DNA of 64,000 bases. Source: Eledone cirrhosa. Lineage: Eukaryota. Shown piece after piece: positions 26,400 to 42,169 of this stretch. The stretch lies in NCBI GenBank assembly GCA_964016885.1, contig OZ024743.1, positions 98,890,001 through 98,954,000 on the forward strand, written 5' to 3'. Position numbers and translations under genes: made by a program. Numbering within the stretch: position 1 is the stretch's first letter; the number at the start of each line of letters is the position of its first letter. Under the pieces are notes generated by a model, which saw only the letters and a list, made by a program, of their open reading frames with translations, had not been told where the DNA came from and searched no databases.

Positions 26400-29300
26400 C
26401 TACAATCTCTCCTCTTTACAGCATACATCAACTACCTACTGCTCTACAATCTCTCCTGTTTACAGCATACATCAACAATCTTCTGCTCTACAATCTCTCC
26501 TGTTTACAGCATACATCAACTACCTTCTGCTCTACAATCTCGCCTCTTTACAGCATACATCAACTACCTTCTGCTCTACAATCTCTCCTCTTTACAGCAT
26601 ACATCAACTACCTACTGCTCTACAATCTCTCCTGTTTACAGCATACATCAACTATCTTCTGCTCTACAATCTCTCCTGTTTACAACATACATAAACTACC
26701 TTCTGCTGTACAATCTCTCCTCTTTACAGCATACATCAACTACCTTCTGCTCTACAATCTCTCCTCTTTACAGCATACATCAACTACCTTCTGCTCTACA
26801 ATCTCTCCTGTTTACAGCATACATCAACTACCTTCTGCTCTACGATCTCTCCTCTTTACAACATACATCAACTACCTGCTGCTCTACAATCCCCCCTCTT
26901 TACAGCATACATCAACTAACTTCTGCTCTACAATCTCTCCTGTTTACAGCATACATCAACTACCTTCTTCTCTACAATCTCTCCTCTTTACAACATACAT
27001 CAACTACCTGCTGCTCTACAATCCCCCCTCTTTACATCATACATCATCTACCTTCTGCTCTACAATCTCTCCTGTTTACAGCATACATCAACTACCTTCT
27101 TCTCTACAATCTCTCCTCTTTACAACATACATCAACTACCTTCTGCTCTACAATCTCTCCTCTTTACATCATACATCATCTACCTTCTGCTCTACAATCT
27201 CTCCTGTTTACAGCATACATCAACTACCTTCTGCTCTACAATCTCTCCTGTTTACAGCATACATCAACTAACTTCTGCTCTACAATCTCTCCTCTTTACA
27301 GCATACATCAACTACCTACTGCTCTACAATCTCTCCTGTTTACAGCATACATCAACTATCTTCTGCTCTACAATCTCTCCTCTTTACAGCATACATCAAC
27401 TACCTACTGCTCTACAATCTCTCCTGTTTACAGCATACATCAACTACCTCCTGCTCTACAATCTCTCCTGTTTACAACATACATCAACTACCTTCTGCTC
27501 TACAATCTCTCCTGTTTAAAGCATACATCAACTACCTTCTGCTCTACAATCTCTCCTGTTTACAGCATACATCAACTCCCTTCTGCTCTACAATCTCTCC
27601 TGTTTACAGCATACATCAACTCCCTTCTGCTCTACAATCTCTTCTCTTTACAGCATACATCAACTACCTTCTGCTCTACAATCTTTCCTATTTACAGCAT
27701 ACATCAACTACCTTCTGCTCTACAATCTCTCCTGTTTACATCATACATCAACTACCTTCTGCTCTACAATCTCTCCTGTTTACAGCATACACCAACTATC
27801 TTCTGTTCTACAATCTCTCCTGTTTACAGCATACATCAACTACATTCTGCTCTACAATCTCTCCTGTTTACAGCATACACCAACTATCTTCTGCTCTACA
27901 ATCTCCCCTGTTTACAGCATACATCAACTTCCTTCTGCTCTACAATCTCTCCGGTTTACAACATACACCAACTATCTTCTGCTCTACAACCTCTCCTGTT
28001 TACAACATACGTCAACTACCTTCTGGTCTACAATCTTTCCTGTTTACAGCATACATCAACTACCTTCTGCTCTACAATCTCTCCGGTTTACAACATACAC
28101 CAACTATCTCCTGTTTACAACATACATCAACTACCTTCTGCTCTACAATCTTTCCTGTTTACAGCATACATCAACTACCTGCTGCTCTACAATCCCCCCT
28201 CTTTACAGCATACATCAACTACCTTCTGCTCTACAATCTCTGCTGTTTACAGCATACATCAACTACCTTCTGCTCTACAATCTCCCCTGTTTACAGCATA
28301 CATCAACTACCTTCTGCTCTACAATCTCTCCTGTTTACAGCATACATCAACTACCTTCTGCTCTACAATCTCTCCTCTTTACAGCATACATCAACTACCT
28401 ACTGCTCTACAATCTCTCCTGTTTACAGCATACATCAACTATCTTCTGCTCTACAATCTCTCCTCTTTACAGCATACATCAACTACCTACTGCTCTACAA
28501 TCTCTCCTGTTTACAGCATACATCAACTATCTCCTGCTCTACAATCCCTCCTGTTTACAGCATACATCAACTACCTTCTGCTCTACAATCTCTCCTCTTT
28601 ACAGCATACATCAACTACCTTCTGCTCTACAATCTCTCCTGTTTACAGCATACATCAACTACCTTCTGCTCTACAATCTCTCCTCTTTACAGCATACATC
28701 AACTACCTACTGCTCTACAATCTCTACTGTTTACAGCATACATCAACTATCTTCTGCTCTACAATCTCTCCTCTTTACAGCATATATCAACTACCTACTG
28801 CTCTACAATCTCTCCTGTTTACAGCATACATCAACTATCTTCTGCTCTACAATCTCTCCTGTTTACAGCATACATCAACTACCTTCTGCTCTACAATCTC
28901 GCCTCTTTACAGCATACATCAACTACCTTCTGCTCTACAATCTCTCCTCTTTACAGCATACATCAACTACCTACTGCTCTACAATCCCTCCTGTTTACAG
29001 CATACATCAACTATCTTCTGCTCTACAATCTCTCCTCTTTACAGCATACATCAACTACCTACTGCTCTACAATCTCTCCTGTTTACAGCATACATCAACT
29101 ATCATCTGCTCTACAATCTCTCCTGTTTACAGCATACATCAACTACCTACTGCTCTACAATCTCTCCTGTTTACAGCATACATCAACTATCTTCTGCTCT
29201 ACAATCTCTCCTTTTTACAGCATACATCAACTACCTTCTGCTCTACAATCTCTCCTCTTTACAGCATACATCAACTACCTTCTGCTCTACAATCTCTCCT

Positions 29301-30172
29301 CTTTACAGCATACATCAACTACCTACTGCTCTACAATCTCTCCTCTTTACAGCATACATCAACTATCTTCTGCTCTACAATCTCTCCTCTTTACAGCATA
29401 CATCAACTACCTCCTGCTCTACAATCTCTCCTGTTTACAACATACATCAACTACCTTCTGCTCTACAATCTCTCCTGTTTACAGCATACATCAACTACCT
29501 TCTGTTCTACAATCTCTCCTCTTTACAGCATACATCAACTACCTTCTGCTCTAGAACCTCTCCTGTTTACAGCATACATCAACTACCTTCTGTTCTACAA
29601 TCTCTCCTGTTTACAACATACATCAACTACCTTCTGCTCTACAATCTCTCCTGTTTACAACATACATCAACTATCTTCTGCTCTACAATCTCTCCTGTTT
29701 ACAACATACATCAACTACCTTCTGCTCTACAATCTCTCCTGTTTACAACATACATCAACTACCTTCTGCTCTACAATCTCTCCTGTTTACAACATACATC
29801 AACTACCTTCTGCTCTACAATCTCTCTCGTTTACAACATACATCAACTATCTTCTGCTCTACAATCTCTCCTGTTTACAACATACATCAACTACCTTCTG
29901 CTCTACAATCTCTCCTCTTTACAGCATACATCAACTACCTTCTGCTCTACAATCTCTCCTCTTTACAGCATACATCAACTACCTACTGCTCTACAATCTC
30001 TCCTCTTTACAGCATACATCAACTATCTTCTGCTCTACAATCTCTCCTCTTTACAACATACATCAACTACCTCCTGCTCTACAATCTCTCCTGTTTACAA
30101 CATACATCAACTATCTTCTGCTCTACAATCTTTCCTGTTTACAGCATACATCAACTACCTTCTGCTCTACAA
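26400..30172. repeat. Third, slightly diverged partial copy of the 10.1-kb unit (equivalent to ~10650-14430)
   Basis: Offset is 15750 before the 7-bp duplication site (10711/26461) and 15743 after it (G of CTAGAACC 13811/29554). This copy lacks the 7-bp duplication and the CATG (11190) and ATAGATC (13171) variants. Confidence 0.85.
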
Positions 30173-33100
30173 CCTCTCCTGTTTACAGCATACATCAACT
30201 ACCTTCTGCTCTACAATCTCTCCTGTTTACAACATACATAAACTACCTTCTGCTGTACAATCTCTCCTCTTTACAGCATACATCAACTACCTTCTGCTCT
30301 ACAACCTCTCCTGTTTACAGCATACATCAACTACCTTCTGTTCTACAATCTTTCCTGTTTACAGCATACATCAACTACCTTCTGCTCTACAATCTCTCCG
30401 GTTTACAACATACACCAACTATCTCCTGTTTACAACATACATCAACTACCTCCTGCTCTACAATCTCTCCTGTTTACAACATACATCAACTATCTTCTGC
30501 TCTACAATCTTTCCTGTTTACAGCATACATCAACTACCTTCTGCTCTACAACCTCTCCTGTTTACAGCATACATCAACTACCTTCTGTTCTACAATCTCT
30601 CCTGTTTACAACATACATCAACTACCTTCTGCTCTACAATCTCTCCTGTTTACAACATACATCAACTATCTTCTGCTCTACAATCTCTCCTGTTTACAAC
30701 ATACATCAACTACCTGCTGCTCTACAATCCCCCCTCTTTACATCATACATCAACTACCTTCTGCTCTACAATCTCTCCTCTTTACAGCATACATCAACTA
30801 CCTACTGCTCTACAATCTCTCCTGTTTACAGCATACATCAACTATCATCTGCTCTACAATCTCTCCTGTTTACAGCATACATCAACTACCTACTGCTCTA
30901 CAATCTCTCCTGTTTACAGCATACATCAACTATCTTCTGCTCTACAATCTCTCCTGTTTACAGCATACATCAACTACCTTCTGCTCTACAATCTCTCCTC
31001 TTTACAGCATACATCAACTACCTTCTGCTCTACAATCTCTCCTCTTTACAGCATACATCAACTACCTTCTGTTCTACAATCTCTCCTGTTTACAACATAC
31101 ATAAACTACCTTCTGCTCTACAATCTCTACTGTTTACAACATACATCAACTATCTTCTGCTCTACAATCTCTCCTGTTTACAACATACATCAACTACCTT
31201 CTGCTCTACAATCTCTCCTCTTTACAACATACATCAACTACCTGCTGCTCTACAATCCCCCCTCTTTACAGCATACATGAACTACCTTCTGCTCTACAAT
31301 CTCTCCTGTTTACAGCATACATCAACTACCGTCTGCTCTACAATCTCTCCTCTTTACAGCATACATCAACTACCTGCTGCTCTACAATCCCCCCTCTTTA
31401 CAGCATACATCAACTACCTTCTGCCTTACAATCTCTCCTGTTTACAGCATACATCAACTAACTTCTGCTCTACAATCTCTACTCTTTACAGCATACATCA
31501 ACTACCTACTGCTCTACAATCTCTCCTGTTTACAGCATACATCAACTATCTCCTGCTCTACAATCTCTCCTCTTTACAGCATACATCAACTACCTACTGC
31601 TCTACAATCTCTCCTGTTTACAGCATACATCAACTACCTCCTGCTCTACAATCTCTCCTGTTTACAACTTACATCAACTACCTTCTGCTCTACAATCTCT
31701 CCTGTTTACAGCATACATCAACTACCTTCTGCTCTACAATCTCTCCTGTTTACAGCATACATCAACTCCCTTCTGCTCTACAATCTCTCCTGTTTACAGC
31801 ATACATCAACTCCCTTCTGCTCTACAATCTCTCCTCTTTACAGCATACATCAACTACCTTCTGCTCTACAATCTTTCCTATTTACAGCATACATCAACTA
31901 CCTTCTGCTCTACAATCTCTCCTGTTTACATCATACATCAACTACCTTCTGCTCTACAATCTCTCCTGTTTACAGCATACACCAAATATCTTCTGTTCTA
32001 CAATCTCTCCTGTTTACAACATACATCAACTACCTTCTGCTTTACAATCTCTCCTGTTTACAGCATACACCAACTATCTTCTGCTCTACAATCTCCCCTG
32101 TTTACAGCATACATCAACTTCCTTCTGCTCTACAATCTCTCCGGTTTACAACATACACCAACTATCTTCTGCTCTAAAATCTCTCCTGTTTACAACATAC
32201 ATCAACTACCTTCTGCTCTACAATCTCTCCTGTTTACAACATACATCAACTACCTTCTGCTCTACAATCTCTCCTGTTTACAACATACATCAACTATCTT
32301 CTGCTCTACAATTTCTCCTGTTTACAACATACATCAACTACCTTCTGCTCTACAATCTCTCCTCTTTACAGCATACATCAACTACCTTCTGCTCTACAAT
32401 CTCTCCTCTTTACAGCATACATCAACTACCTACTGCTCTACAATCTCTCCTCTTTACAGCATACATCAACTATCTTCTGCTCTACAATCTCTCCTGTTTA
32501 CAACATACATCAACTACCTCCTGCTCTACAATCTCTCCTGTTTACAACATACATCAACTATCTTCTGCTCTACAATCCTTCCTGTTTACAGCATACATCA
32601 ACTACCTTCTGCTCTACAACCTCTCCTGTTTACAGCATACATCAACTACCTTCTGTTCTACAATCTCTCCTGTTTACAACATACATAAACTACCTTCTGC
32701 TCTACAATCTCTACTGTTTACAACATACATCAACTATCTTCTGCTCTACAATCTCTCCTGTTTACAACATACATCAACTACCTGCTGCTCTACAATCCCC
32801 CCTCTTTACATCATACATCATCTACCTTCTGCTCTACAATCTCTCCTATTTACAGCATACATCAACTACCTTCTGCTCTACAATCTCTCCTGTTTACAGC
32901 ATACATCAACTAACTTCTGCTCTACAATCTCTCCTCTTTACAGCATACATCAACTACCTACTGCTCTACAATCTCTCCTGTTTACAGCATACATCAACTA
33001 TCTTCTGCTCTACAATCTCTCCTCTTTACAGCATACATCAACTACCTACTGCTCTACAATCTCTCCTGTTTACAGCATACATCAACTACCTCCTGCTCTA

Positions 33101-36100
33101 CAATCTCTCCTGTTTACAACATACATCAACTACCTTCTGCTCTACAATCTCTCCTGTTTAAAGCATACATCAACTACCTTCTGCTCTACAATCTCTCCTG
33201 TTTACAGCATACATCAACTCCCTTCTGCTCTACAATCTCTCCTGTTTACAGCATACATCAACTCCCTTCTGCTCTACAATCTCTCCTCTTTACAGCATAC
33301 ATCAACTACCTTCTGCTCTACAATCTTTCCTATTTACAGCATACATCAACTATCTTCTGCTCTACAATCTCTCCTGTTTACAACATACATCAACTACCTC
33401 CTGCTCTACAATCTCTCCTGTTTACAACATACATCAACTATCTTCTGCTCTACAATCCTTCCTGTTTACAGCATACATCAACTACCTTCTGCTCTACAAC
33501 CTCTCCTGTTTACAGCATACATCAACTACCTTCTGTTCTACAATCTCTCCTGTTTACAACATACATAAACTACCTTCTGCTCTACAATCTCTACTGTTTA
33601 CAACATACATCAACTATCTTCTGCTCTACAATCTCTCCTGTTTACAACATACATCAACTACCTTCTGCTCTACAATCTCTCCTGTTTACAGCATACATCA
33701 ACTACCTGCTGCTCTACAATCCCCCCTCTTTACAGCATACATCAACTACCTTCTGCTCTACAATCTCTGCTGTTTACAGCATACATCAACTACCTTCTGC
33801 TCTACAATCTCCCCTGTTGACAGCATACATCAACTACCTTCTGCTCTACAATCTCTCCTGTTTACAGCATACATCAACTACCTTCTGCTCTACAATCTCT
33901 CCTCTTTACAGCATACATCAACTACCTACTGCTCTACAATCTCTCCTGTTTACAGCATACATCAACTATCTTCTGCTCTACAATCTCTCCTCTTTACAGC
34001 ATACATCAACTACCTACTGCTCTACAATCTCTCCTGTTTACAGCATACATCAACTATCTTCTGCTCTACAATCTCTCCTGTTTACAGCATACATCAACTA
34101 CCTTCTGCTCTACAATCTCTCCTCTTTACAGCATACATCAACTACCTTCTGCTCTACAATCTCTCCTGTTTACAGCATACATCAACTACCTTCTGCTCTA
34201 CAATCTCTCCTCTTTACAGCATACATCAACTACCTACTGCTCTACAATCTCTACTGTTTACAGCATACATCAACTATCTTCTGCTCTACAATCTCTCCTC
34301 TTTACAGCATACATCAACTACCTACTGCTCTACAATCTCTCCTGTTTACAGCATACATCAACTATCTTCTGCTCTACAATCTCTCTTGTTTACAGCATAC
34401 ATCAACTACCTTCTGCTCTACAATCTCGCCTCTTTACAGCATACATCAACTACCTTCTGCTCTACAATCTCTCCTCTTTACAGCATACATCAACTACCTA
34501 CTGCTCTACAATCTCTCCTGTTTACAGCATACATCAACTATCTTCTGCTCTACAATCTCTCCTCTTTACAGCATACATCAACTATCTTCTGCTCTACAAT
34601 CTCTCCTGTTTACAACATACATCAACTACCTCCTGCTCTACAATCTCTCCTGTTTACAACATACATCAACTATCTTCTGCTCTACAATTTTTCCTGTTTA
34701 CAGCATACATCAACTACCTTCTGCTCTACAACCTCTCCTGTTTACAGCATACATCAACTACCTTCTGTTCTACAATCTCTCCTGTTTACAACATACATAA
34801 ACTACCTTCTGCTCTACAATCTCTACTGTTTACAACATACATCAACTATCTTCTGCTCTACAATCTCTCCTGTTTACAACATACATCAACTACCTGCTGC
34901 TCTACAATCCCCCCTCTTTACATCATACATCATCTACCTTCTGCTCTACAATCTCTCCTGTTTACAGCATACATCAACTACCTTCTGCTCTACAATCTCT
35001 CCTGTTTACAGCATACATCAACTAACTTCTGCTCTACAATCTCTCCTGTTTACAGCATACATCAACTACCTACTGCTCTACAATCTCTCCTGTTTACAGC
35101 ATACATCAACTATCTTCTGCTCTACAATCTCTCCTCTTTACAGCATACATCAACTACCTACTGCTCTACAATCTCTCCTGTTTACAGCATACATCAACTA
35201 CCTCCTGCTCTACAATCTCTCCTGTTTACAACATACATCAACTACCTTCTGCTCTACAATCTCTCCTGTTTAAAGCATACATCAACTACCTTCTGCTCTA
35301 CAATCTCTCCTGTTTACAGCATACATCAACTCCCTTCTGCTCTACAATCTCTCCTGTTTACAGCATACATCAACTCCCTTCTGCTCTACAATCTCTCCTC
35401 TTTACAGCATACATCAACTACCTTCTGCTCTACAATCTTTCCTATTTACAGCATACATCAACTACCTTCTGCTCTACAATCTCTCCTGTTTACATCATAC
35501 ATCAATTACCTTCTGATCTACAATCTCTCCGGTTTATAACATACACCAACTATCTTCTGCTCTACAACCTCTCCTGTTTACAACATACATCAACTACCTT
35601 CTGGTCTACAATCTTTCCTGTTTACAGCATACATCAACTACCTTCTGCTCTACAATCTCTCCGGTTTACAACATACACCAACTATCTCCTGTTTACAACA
35701 TACATCAACTACCTTCTGCTCTACAATCTCTCCTGTTTACAGCATACATCAACTACCTGCTGCTCTACAATCCCCCCTCTTTACAGCATACATCAACTAC
35801 CTTCTGCTCTACAATCTCTGCTGTTTACAGCATACATCAACTACCTTCTGCTCTACAATCTCCCCTGTTTACAGCATACATCAACTACCTTCTGCTCTAC
35901 AATCTCTCCTGTTTACAGCATACATCAACTACCTTCTGCTCTACAATCTCTCCTCTTTACAGCATACATCAACTACCTACTGCTCTACAATCTCTCCTGT
36001 TTACAGCATACATCAACTATCTTCTGCTCTACAATCTCTCCTCTTTACAGCATACATCAACTACCTACTGCTCTACAATCTCTCCTGTTTACAGCATACA

Positions 36101-37199
36101 TCAACTATCTTCTGCTCTACAATCTCTCCTGTTTACAGCATACATCAACTACCTTCTGCTCTACAATCTCTCTTCTTTACAGCATACATCAACTACCTTC
36201 TGCTCTACAATCTCTCCTCTTTACAGCATACATCAACTACCTTCTGCTCTACAATCTCTCCTCTTTACAGCATACATCAACTACCTACTGCTCTACAATC
36301 TCTACTGTTTACAGCATACATCAACTATCTTCTGCTCTACAATCTCTCCTCTTTACAGCATACATCAACTACCTACTGCTCTACAATCTCTCCTGTTTAC
36401 AGCATACATCAACTATCTTCTGCTCTACAATCTCTCTTGTTTACAGCATACATCAACTACCTTCTGCTCTACAATCTCGCCTCTTTACAGCATACATCAA
36501 CTACCTTCTGCTCTACAATCTCTCCTCTTTACAGCATACATCAACTACCTACTGCTCTACAATCTCTCCTCTTTACAGCATACATCAACTATCTTCTGCT
36601 CTACAATCTCTCCTCTTTACAGCATACATCAACTACCTACTGCTCTACAATCTCTCCTGTTTACAGCATACATCAACTATCATCTGCTCTACAATCTCTC
36701 CTGTTTACAGCATACATCAACTACCTACTGCTCTACAATCTCTCCTGTTTACAGCATACATCAACTATCTTCTGCTCTACAATCTCTCCTTTTCACAGCA
36801 TACATCAACTACCTTCTGCTCTACAATCTCTCCTCTTTACAGCATACATCAACTACCTTCTGCTCTACAATCTCTCCTCTTTACAGCATACATCAACTAC
36901 CTACTGCTCTACAATCTCTCCTCTTTACAGCATACATCAACTATCTTCTGCTCTACAATCTCTCCTCTTCACAACATACATCAACTACCTCCTGCTCTAC
37001 AATCTCTCCTGTTTACAACATACATCAACTATCTTCTGCTCTACAATCTTTCCTGTTTACAGCATACATCAACTACCTTCTGCTCTACAACCTCTCCTGT
37101 TTACAGCATACATCAACTACCTTCTGTTCTACAGTCTCTCCTGTTTACAACATACATCAACTACCTTCTGCTCTACAATCTCTCCTGTTTACAACATAC

Positions 37200-40100
37200 A
37201 TCAACTATCTTCTGCTCTACAATCTCTCCTCTTTACAGCATACATCAACTACCTACTGCTCTACAATCTCTCCTGTTTACAGCATACATCAACTATCATC
37301 TGCTCTACAATCTCTCCTGTTTACAGCATACATCAACTACCTACTGCTCTACAATCTCTCCTGTTTACAGCATACATCAACTATCTTCTGCTCTACAATC
37401 TCTCCTGTTTACAGCATACATCAACTACCTTCTGCACTACAATCTCTCCTCTTTACTGCATACATCAACTACCTTCTGCTCTACAATCTCTCCTCTTTAC
37501 AGCATACATCAACTACCTACTGCTCTACAATCTCTCCTCTTTACAGCATACATCAACTATTTTCTGCTCTACAATCTCTCCTTTTTACAACATTCATCAA
37601 CTACCTCCTGCTCTACAATCTCTCCTGTTTACAACATACATCAACTATGTTCTGCTCTACAATCTTTCCTGTTTACAGCATACATCAACTACCTTCTGCT
37701 CTACAATCTCTCCTGTTTACAGCATACATCAACTACCTTCTGCTCTACAATCTCTCCTCTTTACAGCATACATCAACTATCTCCTGCTCTACAATCTCTC
37801 CTGTTTACAACATACATCAACTACCTTCTGCTCTACAATCTCTCCTGTTTACAGCATACATCAACTACCTTCTGTTCTACAATCTCTCCTCTTTACAGCA
37901 TACATCAACTACCTTCTGCTCTAGAACCTCTCCTGTTTACAGCATACATCAACTACCTTCTGTTCTACAATCTCTCCTGTTTACAACATACATCAACTAC
38001 CTTCTGCTCTACAATCTCTCCTGTTTACAACATACATCAACTATCTTCTGCTCTACAATCTCTCCTGTTTACAACATACATCAACTACCTTCTGCTCTAC
38101 AATCTCTCCTGTTTACAACATACATCAACTACCTTCTGCTCTACAATCTCTCCTGTTTACAACATACATCAACTACCTTCTGCTCTACAATCTCTCCTGT
38201 TTACAACATACATCAACTATCTTCTGCTCTACAATCTCTCCTGTTTACAACATACATCAACTACCTTCTGCTCTACAATCTCTCCTCTTTACAGCATACA
38301 TCAACTACCTTCTGCTCTACAATCTCTCCTCTTTACAGCATACATCAACTACCTACTGCTCTACAATCTCTCCTCTTTACAGCATACATCAACTATCTTC
38401 TGCTCGACAATCTCTCCTCTTTACAACATAGATCAACTACCTCCTGCTCTACAATCTCTCCTGTTTACAACATACATCAACTATCTTCTGCTCTACAATC
38501 TTTCCTGTTTACAGCATACATCAACTACCTTCTGCTCTACAACCTCTCCTATTTACAGCATACATCAACTACCTTCTGTTCTACAATCTCTCCTGTTTAC
38601 AACATACATAAACTACCTTCTGCTCTACAATCTCTACTGTTTACAACATACATCAACTATCTTCTGCTCTACAATCTCTCCTGTTTACAACATACATAAA
38701 CTACCTTCTGCTCTACAATCTCTACTGTTTACAACATACATCAACTATCTTCTGCTCTACAATCTCTCCTGTTTACAACATACACCAACTATCTTCTGCT
38801 CTACAATCTCTCCTGTTTACAACATACATCAACTACATTCTGTTCTACAATCTCTCCTGTTTACAACATACATCAACTACCTTCTGTTCTACAATCTCTC
38901 CTCTTTACAGCATACATCAACTACCTTCTGCTCTACAATCTCTCCTGTTTACAACATACATCAACTACCTTCTGCTCTACAATCTCTCCTGTTTACAACA
39001 TACATCAACTACCTTCTGCTCTACAATCTCTCCCGTTTACAACATACATCAACTATCTTCTGCTCTACAATCTCTCCTGTTTACAACATACATCAACTAC
39101 CTTCTGCTCTACAATCTCTCCTCTTTACAGCATACATCAACTACCTTCTGCTCTACAATCTCTCCTCTTTACAGCATACATCAACTACCTTCTGCTCTAC
39201 AATCTCTCCTCTTTACAGCATACATCAACTACCTACTGCTCTACAATCTCTCCTGTTTACAGCATACATCAACTATCTTCTGCTCTACAATCTCTCCTCT
39301 TTACAGCATACATCAACTACCTTCTGCTCTACAATCTCTCCTCTTTACAGCATACATCAACTACCTACTGCTCTACAATCTCTCCTGTTTACAGCATACA
39401 TCAACTATCTTCTGCTCTACAATCTCTCCTCTTTACAGCATACATCAACTACCTACTGCTCTACAATCTCTCCTGTTTACAGCATACATCAACTATCATC
39501 TGCTCTACAATCTCTCCTGTTTACAGCATACATCAACTACCTACTGCTCTACAATCTCTCCTGTTTACAGCATACATCAACTATCTTCTGCTCTACAATC
39601 TCTCCTGTTTACAGCATACATCAACTACCTTCTGCACTACAATCTCTCCTCTTTACAGCATACATCAACTACCTTCTGCTCTACAATCTCTCCTCTTTAC
39701 AGCATACATCAACTACCTACTGCTCTACAATCTCTCCTCTTTACAGCATACATCAACTATTTTCTGCTCTACAATCTCTCCTTTTTACAACATTCATCAA
39801 CTACCTCCTGCTCTACAATCTCTCCTGTTTACAACATACATCAACTATGTTCTGCTCTACAATCTTTCCTGTTTACAGCATACATCAACTACCTTCTGCT
39901 CTACAATCTCTCCTGTTTACAGCATACATCAACTACCTTCTGCTCTACAATCTCTCCTCTTTACAGCATACATCAACTATCTCCTGCTCTACAATCTCTC
40001 CTGTTTACAACATACATCAACTACCTTCTGCTCTACAATCTCTCCTGTTTACAGCATACTTCAACTACCTTCTGTTCTACAATCTCTCCTCTTTACAGCA

Positions 40101-41080
40101 TACATCAACTACCTTCTGCTCTAGAACCTCTCCTGTTTACAGCATACATCAACTACCTTCTGTTCTACAATCTCTCCTGTTTACAACATACATCAACTAC
40201 CTTCTGCTCTACAATCTCTCCTGTTTACAACATACATCAACTATCTTCTGCTCTACAATCTCTCCTGTTTACAACATACATCAACTACCTTCTGCTCTAC
40301 AATCTCTCCTGTTTACAACATACATCAACTACCTTCTGCTCTACAATCTCTCCTGTTTACAACATACATCAACTACCTTCTGCTCTACAATCTCTCCTGT
40401 TTACAACATACATCAACTATCTTCTGCTCTACAATCTCTCCTGTTTACAACATACATCAACTACCTTCTGCTCTACAATCTCTCCTCTTTACAGCATACA
40501 TCAACTACCTTCTGCTCTACAATCTCTCCTCTTTACAGCATACATCAACTACCTACTGCTCTACAATCTCTCCTCTTTACAGCATACATCAACTATCTTC
40601 TGCTCGACAATCTCTCCTCTTTACAACATACATCAACTACCTCCTGCTCTACAATCTCTCCTGTTTACAACATACATCAACTATCTTCTGCTCTACAATC
40701 TTTCCTGTTTACAGCATACATCAACTACCTTCTGCTCTACAACCTCTCCTATTTACAGCATACATCAACTACCTTCTGTTCTACAATCTCTCCTGTTTAC
40801 AACATACATAAACTACCTTCTGCTCTACAATCTCTACTGTTTACAACATACATCAACTATCTTCTGCTCTACAATCTCTCCTGTTTACAACATACATCAA
40901 CTATCTTCTGCTCTACAATCTCTCCTGTTTACAACATACACCAACTATCTTCTGCTCTACAATCTCTCCTGTTTACAACATACATCAACTACATTCTGTT
41001 CTACAATCTCTCCTGTTTACAACATACATCAACTACCTTCTGTTCTACAATCTCTCCTCTTTACAGCATACATCAACTAC
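37200..41080. repeat. Block duplication with 2200-bp (50-monomer) offset
   Basis: ORF starts 37647/39847, TGCTCGACAA 38401/40601 and CTAGAACC 37921/40121 all pair at +2200. The offset drops to 2156 (AACTACATTC 38831/40987) after one extra monomer in the first copy. Confidence 0.88.
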
Positions 41081-42169
41081 CTTCTGCTCAACAATCTCTC
41101 CTGTTTACAGCATACATCAACTACCTTCTGCTCTACAATCTCTCCTGTTTACAGCATACATCAACTACCTTCTGCTCTACAATCTCTCCTGTTTACAACA
41201 TACATAAACTACCTTCTGCTGTACAATCTCTCCTCTTTACAGCATACATCAACTACCTTCTGTTCTACAATCTCTCCTCTTTACAGCATACATCAACTAC
41301 CTTCTGCTCTACAACCTCTCCTGTTTACAGCATACATCAACTACCTTCTGTTCTACAATCTCTCCTGTTTACAGCATACATCAACTACCTTCCGTTCTAC
41401 AATCTCTACTGTTTACAACATACATCAACTATCTTCTGTTCTACAATCTCTCCTGTTTACAACATACATCAACTACCTTCTGCTCTACAATCTCTCCTGT
41501 TTACAACATACATCAACTACCTTCTGTTCTACAATCTCTCCTCTTTACAGCATACATCAACTACCTTCTGCTCTACAATCTCTCCTGTTTACAGCATACA
41601 TCAACTAGCTTCTGCTCTACAATCTCTCCTGTTTACAGCATACATCAACTACCTGCTGCTCTACAATCTCTCCTCTTTACAGCATACATCAAGTACCTTC
41701 TGCTCTACAATCTCTCTTCTTTACAGCATACATCAACTACCTTCTGCTCTACAATCTCTCCTGTTTACAGCATACATCAACTACCTTCTGCTCTACAATC
41801 TCTCCTCTTTACAACATACATCAACTACCTGCTGCTCTACAATCCCCCCTCTTTACAGCATACATCAACTACCTTCTGCTCTACAATCTCTCCTGTTTAC
41901 AGCATACATCAACTACCTTCTGCTCTACAATCTCTCCTCTTTACAACATACATCAACTACCTGCTGCTCTACAATCCCCCCTCTTTACAGCATACATGAA
42001 CTACCTTCTGCTCTACAATCTCTCCTGTTTACAGCATACATCAACTACCTTCTGCTCTACAATCTCTCCTCTTTACAGCATACATCAACTACCTGCTGCT
42101 CTACAATCCCCCCTCTTTACAGCATACATCAACTACCTTCTGCCTTACAATCTCTCCTGTTTACAGTAT

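Noticed and set aside
32171-32180. GCTCTAAAAT as another copy of the 1-bp deletion at ~15525
   Set aside because: It is a C-to-A substitution; the monomer remains 44 bp.
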